The notes under the pieces are model-generated. The model searched no databases, was not told the origin of the DNA, and saw nothing but the letters and a program-made list of their open reading frames with translations. Positions 17,155 to 22,070 of a stretch of 22,070 nucleotides of DNA are shown in pieces. The position numbers were made by a program, and so were the translations under genes. This DNA is from Promethearchaeota archaeon (GTDB lineage: Archaea > Asgardarchaeota > Lokiarchaeia > Sigyniarchaeales > SOKP01), in contig JAHPZI010000018.1 of NCBI GenBank assembly GCA_019058295.1, forward strand, positions 73,578 through 95,647, given 5' to 3'. Every line of letters starts with the position of its first letter. Position 1 is the first letter of the stretch.

Positions 17155-18285
17155 TTATTCTTCAGCAAGCGCTTTTTTTTCCTTCTTTTGTTGCTTCTTC
17201 ATCTCTTTATAAGAATAATAAGCCTCTTCTAGGACATTTAAGAATTCAATTAAAACTCTGTCTGCTTTTGACTTAACATCATATTCTTTAATAATTGTAT
17301 TTAAGATATATTTTGGAAAGAACGTGGAAATTTCAAAATCAGAGACCAAAGCATAATATTCAATACCTTTAGATTTTTGAAAAACTACAATCATTTGATT
17401 CTCCCATAGTGCTTTTAAAGCTTCATCTAAGTCATAGACACCTTTCTTTTTTAATTTTTCAAGTTCATTTTTAGTAGGGAACATGGTTCTTAATAATTTT
17501 AAGCATTCATAAACCTGAGGATCCATCACTAACTTAATTAGTTCCAAATTGTCTTCTTTTGATGGCTTATAATCTTGAAAAAAATTTTTAATTGAAATTT
17601 CATATTCATTTACAAATTTCTCTGGCAAGCCTTTCTCTACAGGATTTTTCAACAAATTAATAGGGGGTCTTCTAGTCATTAATATATCATTTAAGAAGAA
17701 AAGTAATTCCGATGGCATACCTTTAACCGATGCTTCTTTAATAATATCTTTCCTAATTAAATCAACCATAAGAGCATCTAAGTCTACGAAACCGTGTTTA
17801 TATTGATCTCTTAACCAAATCATAAGTTCTGATTTTGAAACAACTCCTTCTTCTCTAAGTCTTTCTATAATCATCCTTTTGATTTCATCTTGATAAGTAA
17901 CAGCAAGCTGCTGCTCTCGATTCAAGCTTGGAAAGATTGAAATACGTTGAAAGAGAGAAGGAATCATAGGCACAAATTCTTTATTCTCAGTGTTTTGTAA
18001 TATAACTCTCGAAATATCAGATAATCCTGCTTCATATGCATCTGGATCGTCGTCTAAGCTTAAGAGTAAGACAACATAATAACGTTTGTCAGGTCCTGAA
18101 TAATAAGACATGATATTCAAAGACCCTACCATTATACTGATAATTCCCGCTTCACTGCTATACTCATGCGTACTGTAGATCTGCATCAAAGTACTGTCCA
18201 TAACATTAATTTCTTCTGGATATTTTGCCTCAATCTTAGTTCCAACACGATCGTCCCATTTCATAACTAATAATCCTACAGGCAT
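17155..18285 (-). CDS. Longin (uDENN/NPR2-like) domain protein with two winged-helix-like modules
   Basis: Starts GLLVMKWDDRVGTKIEAKYPEE (hhhhF/W-D-x-x-x-G-x-x-h-x-x-x-YP longin start). Two later helix-helix-helix-wing segments (IIERLREEGVVSKSEL...LIRKDII; CLKLLR...KNEL...LWENQMI). AAGGAG lies upstream. Confidence 0.7.
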   Translation of the reverse strand: MPVGLLVMKWDDRVGTKIEAKYPEEINVMDSTLMQIYSTHEYSSEAGIISIMVGSLNIMSYYSGPDKRYYVVLLLSLDDDPDAYEAGLSDISRVILQNTENKEFVPMIPSLFQRISIFPSLNREQQLAVTYQDEIKRMIIERLREEGVVSKSELMIWLRDQYKHGFVDLDALMVDLIRKDIIKEASVKGMPSELLFFLNDILMTRRPPINLLKNPVEKGLPEKFVNEYEISIKNFFQDYKPSKEDNLELIKLVMDPQVYECLKLLRTMFPTKNELEKLKKKGVYDLDEALKALWENQMIVVFQKSKGIEYYALVSDFEISTFFPKYILNTIIKEYDVKSKADRVLIEFLNVLEEAYYSYKEMKKQQKKEKKALAEE

Positions 18286-18314
18286 TTTTTATTGAGCTAC
18301 TCCTTTTTGTGTCC

Positions 18315-21300
18315 TTATTCCTTAGGACGTTTCTGTTTTTTAAATTTATAAGAATTTATTTTGGCCTTCTTAGCTTTGACTTTTGCAAGATTTTTCTCAC
18401 TAAATTTTACTCCTAAGACTTTATTTAGCGGAATTCCGATTTTATCCCATTGTTTCCTATACTTTTTGAAGAATGCTTCATCTCTGTGAGGATATACATA
18501 ATGTACTGGCATCGTATGGCCTTTCTTAATGACGCTTTTTAAAGCTTTCATTTTTTTCACGAATTTGGGCGTTTTTATAATTCTTAGCTGTCGATAGCCT
18601 AATATGCTACCAACGGCAGTAGCGATTGGAATTACTGTCGCGAGAATTATTAGCAATCTGATATCTTCTATTGGTCTAACCGAGTTTATATTAATTTCCT
18701 TGCGTTTGAATTCAAATTCATCATCGGCATAAACTGTAATAACAAATTTAAAAGAACCCTCAGGCACCTCTTCCAATTTAACTTCATATATTCCATCTCC
18801 TTTATCGTCCATCTCTCCGTCACCATGCTCCCAAGTATATTCTACCCTCGCACCTTCTATAACTTCGCCGAAATCTAAATCATTTAATTGAACTCTAATT
18901 GTAACATCTTCTCCGGGTTTTATGTTTATCTCGTCATTCTTGTACTTCAAAAGTTCGACTTCACATTGAATTCTTGCAACATTTATTCTAATAGTAACTG
19001 ATTTGGATTGGTAATTTGTCTTGCCAGCAAAAATGATTAAAAATCGGATTCCAATATCTAGATCTACGGTATTTATCACAATCTCATATTGAGAAACTTT
19101 AGTAAAGTTTCTGGGGCTAAAACCCTCTCCCTCAATAGTCACCGTTGATTCATTAATTATTTTTCCTAAATCAATATCAGAATAATTAACTTCAATTAAT
19201 AACCTTTCTCCATAAGGAAGTGTCAGTGATGGATCAAATGTTAGATCCTTTTCTACAGCCCCACCTTTATATTTTGCTGTTATTTTTATCTCTGTTAGTC
19301 TATTAATTATTTCAACTATGATGTCTATATCTTGAGGTTGATAGCCAAATTTTTGTGCTACAACTTTTAAGAAATTAACTCCAGCACCTAGCTTAGGATC
19401 ATCAGAATCTATAGTTATGGAATAATTAACACCATTAAAGTCTAATGTTTCATTAAAGCCTTCCCCTATTAATCTTAAATTTGCATCCAAAAGGGATTTT
19501 TTCGTGTCGTTATCAAAAAAGGTTATATTGATTTGGAAATAATCGTTCACTACAACTTTAATGGATGGTTTGCTAGTTTTATCCTCTAGTGGTGATGAAA
19601 CGGAGTTCGATAAAAATAATTTATAATCTGTTTCTATGTCGATTATTACGATTGAAAAAGATATTGATTGCGAAGTATGATTATCAGCTTGAGCAAAGAC
19701 AGCTAGAAAATTTGTAATTCCGGCTAAATGCGAGGTATTTAACGTGTATTCATAATACACAGGGCCTTCTGTTAAACCTATATTTTCAAGACCTCCTCCA
19801 GTGAGATTTATGGTTGCTCCACTAATTTTAGAATTTAAAGCTGAATCGTTATAAAACATGACTATATTTACAGTCGCGTTTGTATACACATTGATGACTG
19901 CGTTTTCAACCCTTTCCGTTCCCGCTATAAATAATTGAGCATCTGAATCCGCCTTAGTTACATCAACTCTAATTACTACTGATTGAACTTCAAAATTATT
20001 TCTCACAGCTAAGATAGTTAAATAATGAATTCCTATGCCTAAACTTTTTGTATTTATTGTTAAATTGTATTTTTGTCCATTTTCTTCAAGCTCATCTGAA
20101 AAACCCCCTCCTAATATCGTTACCGTAGCTCCTCCAATATGAATCTCGGTTGGGTCTATTCGATACGTAATAGAAACATTCAATATTTCATTCCATTTCA
20201 ATATGATGGATTTATCCACATCTGCAGTTCTATCTACTCCGTTTAAGGAAAGATTTAGAAAACTTTCTTTTGGTGTTATCTCTACTGTTAGAATTAATGA
20301 TTGGGGTTGATAATTAGCTTTCTGGGCTAAAATGTTTATGAAATTTACTCCTGGATTTAAATCATTCGTATTTAAAGTTAAATTGTAGTGTTTAAATGGA
20401 ACATTTTCAAGAATTTCAAAAACTTTACTGGGAATTGTTCCGTTTACCGAAGCCCCAGCAATGTGATAGTAGGGTGGTAATAACTCATTATAAATCACGG
20501 TAATATTTATTGTTTCATTGATGCTTCGTTTAATTGAAGGTGTGGCCGTTAAGTCTACTCCTTCGATAAATAATGTAAAATTAGTCAGAATTTCTTCTAT
20601 AGAAATTATGAGCAATATGGATTGAGGTTCATAATTATCTGCTTGGGCATAAATGGTTAAAAAATTAATTCCTTGATTTAAATCCGTCGTATTAATAAGT
20701 ACTGAGTAATTATTATTGTGAGCATTAAAATCTAAAAGATCAGAAATTCCAGAACCGTTTATAGATACTAAAGCACCCGTAATGGGATCATGAGGAGATA
20801 ATTCTTCCTTATATGCAAGTGAAATATTTAATAATACATTTACAGTAAGCGTAATATCTTCGTTCCCTGTATAATTTACCCCGTTTAAGAATAAATTATA
20901 AAGCGATCCTTTTTCAGCAACATAGACGGTTATGTCCTCAGAACTCAGAGTGTAATTATCTTGTTTAGCATTTATTGTTAAAATTCTAACGCCAAGACTA
21001 AGATTCTCAGCAGGCATTAGAATAGTATATCGCTGACCATACCGAGTTAAAGATTTTGCCTCAGCTAAACCCCTAAGCTCCACTGTTGCGTTATCAAGAG
21101 CGCTATCGGTTTCAAAGTCTCTGTACGAAACTGTTATATTTAAAGTCTCTCCTATTTTAGTTTGATAAATTTCTGGAACATTTGAACCATTAATAGTAGT
21201 TATTAAATAAGTTTCTCTGTTGGTAACAGTTATAATAATAGTTTCTGAAGCGGAACTGTAGTTTATCTTAGTGGCAAGAATCGTTAAATAGTGAACTCCT

Positions 21301-22070
21301 AAGCCTAATTCATCGGAATTAAGGACCGCCGTGTAGTTTTGACCGTCAAAATTTAAAGGCTTTGCCGGTATTCCCGAGCCTGCTATCGATACGGTGGCAC
21401 CCGTTATGAAGGCTCCTGTATTCGTATCGTTATAAGCGATGCTGACGTTAAAAGCTTCGTTCCACGCAATATCGTACGTTTTTTCGGTCGTTCGATCTTC
21501 GAGATTTATGAAAATATCATCAATTAATGTAGATCTATCAGTAACAGTTATAATAATATTCACTGAAGCAGAAGTGTAATTCACCTGATTGGCTAGAATT
21601 GTTAAATAGTGGACTCCCACGCCTAATTCATCGGAATTAAGGACCACCGTGTAATTTTGACCGTCAAAATTTAAAGGCTTTTCCGGCAATCCCGAGCCTG
21701 CTATTGTAACAGTAGCTCCTGTGATGAAGGTTCCTGTATTCGTATCGTTATATGCGACGCTGACGTTAAAAGCTTCTTTCCACGCAATTTCATACGTTTT
21801 TTCGCTCGTTCGGTCTTGGAAATTTATGAAAATATTATCAATTAAAGTAGATCTATCAGTAACAGTTATAATAATATTCACTGAAGCAGAAGTGTAATTC
21901 ACCTGATTGGCTAGAATTGTTAAATAGTGGACTCCCACGCCTAATTCATCGGAATTAAGGACCACCGTGTAATTTTGACCGTCATAATTTAAAGGCTTTG
22001 CCGGTAATCCCGAGCCTGCTATTGTAACAGTGGCTCCTGTGATGAAGGTTCCTGTATTCGTATCGTTATA
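18315..22070 (-). CDS. Giant single-pass surface glycoprotein of tandem ~105-aa Ig-like repeats; 5' end beyond the window
   Basis: The frame stays open to 22070 (YNDTNTGTFITGATVTIAG...), so the 21965 start is internal. About 10-11 repeats with I.GATV.I.G and LG.G..FLTI.A...NY motifs; TM helix 18594-18656; basic cytoplasmic tail of about 92 aa; many NxS/T sequons. Confidence 0.9.
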   Translation of the reverse strand, partial: YNDTNTGTFITGATVTIAGSGLPAKPLNYDGQNYTVVLNSDELGVGVHYLTILANQVNYTSASVNIIITVTDRSTLIDNIFINFQDRTSEKTYEIAWKEAFNVSVAYNDTNTGTFITGATVTIAGSGLPEKPLNFDGQNYTVVLNSDELGVGVHYLTILANQVNYTSASVNIIITVTDRSTLIDDIFINLEDRTTEKTYDIAWNEAFNVSIAYNDTNTGAFITGATVSIAGSGIPAKPLNFDGQNYTAVLNSDELGLGVHYLTILATKINYSSASETIIITVTNRETYLITTINGSNVPEIYQTKIGETLNITVSYRDFETDSALDNATVELRGLAEAKSLTRYGQRYTILMPAENLSLGVRILTINAKQDNYTLSSEDITVYVAEKGSLYNLFLNGVNYTGNEDITLTVNVLLNISLAYKEELSPHDPITGALVSINGSGISDLLDFNAHNNNYSVLINTTDLNQGINFLTIYAQADNYEPQSILLIISIEEILTNFTLFIEGVDLTATPSIKRSINETINITVIYNELLPPYYHIAGASVNGTIPSKVFEILENVPFKHYNLTLNTNDLNPGVNFINILAQKANYQPQSLILTVEITPKESFLNLSLNGVDRTADVDKSIILKWNEILNVSITYRIDPTEIHIGGATVTILGGGFSDELEENGQKYNLTINTKSLGIGIHYLTILAVRNNFEVQSVVIRVDVTKADSDAQLFIAGTERVENAVINVYTNATVNIVMFYNDSALNSKISGATINLTGGGLENIGLTEGPVYYEYTLNTSHLAGITNFLAVFAQADNHTSQSISFSIVIIDIETDYKLFLSNSVSSPLEDKTSKPSIKVVVNDYFQINITFFDNDTKKSLLDANLRLIGEGFNETLDFNGVNYSITIDSDDPKLGAGVNFLKVVAQKFGYQPQDIDIIVEIINRLTEIKITAKYKGGAVEKDLTFDPSLTLPYGERLLIEVNYSDIDLGKIINESTVTIEGEGFSPRNFTKVSQYEIVINTVDLDIGIRFLIIFAGKTNYQSKSVTIRINVARIQCEVELLKYKNDEINIKPGEDVTIRVQLNDLDFGEVIEGARVEYTWEHGDGEMDDKGDGIYEVKLEEVPEGSFKFVITVYADDEFEFKRKEININSVRPIEDIRLLIILATVIPIATAVGSILGYRQLRIIKTPKFVKKMKALKSVIKKGHTMPVHYVYPHRDEAFFKKYRKQWDKIGIPLNKVLGVKFSEKNLAKVKAKKAKINSYKFKKQKRPKE
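21223..22070 (-). repeat. 318-bp near-identical tandem repeats (106 aa), 2 full units + 1 partial
   Basis: GTAACAGTTATAATAATA at 21223, 21541 and 21859 (period 318). Confidence 0.95.

Noticed and set aside
10618-17212. Short ORFs 10618-10800, 10827-11036, 11033-11242, 12062-12262, 14663-14917, 17024-17212
   Set aside because: They overlap real genes or are low-complexity AT-rich frames with no recognisable features.
21223-22070. CRISPR array or DGR template/variable repeat
   Set aside because: Units are 318 bp, in frame and without spacers; differences are not adenine-specific; no cas or reverse transcriptase gene is present.

Overview
AT-rich archaeal window, almost certainly Asgard (Lokiarchaeia-like). 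The assignment rests on a gelsolin-domain gene, longin/roadblock-type proteins, an Arf/Rag-like GTPase, a Bud23-like methyltransferase, eS25 and a BHB-intron tRNA. Left to right: truncated gelsolin-like gene (-, missed by the ORF track); hisG-hisD-hisC; a membrane-anchored propeller/FN3 surface protein; a tandem longin-like protein with an unannotated in-frame zinc-ribbon/poly-Lys N-terminus; a small zinc-ribbon protein; a HEAT+LRR protein; a form IV RuBisCO-like protein; Bud23-like methyltransferase divergent from eS25; and tRNA-Ser(CGA) with a 20-nt intron. The right half is a co-oriented minus-strand run: giant Ig-like-repeat membrane protein (318-bp near-identical repeats, truncated), longin + winged-helix protein, tandem metallophosphoesterase, ThiI-like protein with a destroyed PP-loop, SAMP/Urm1-like protein, and Arf/Rag-like GTPase with a roadblock-like tail. 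The best candidate for an undescribed system is this run, especially the receptor-like giant protein/longin pair and the pseudo-ThiI/SAMP pair. All family calls come from reading motifs by eye; no searches were run.
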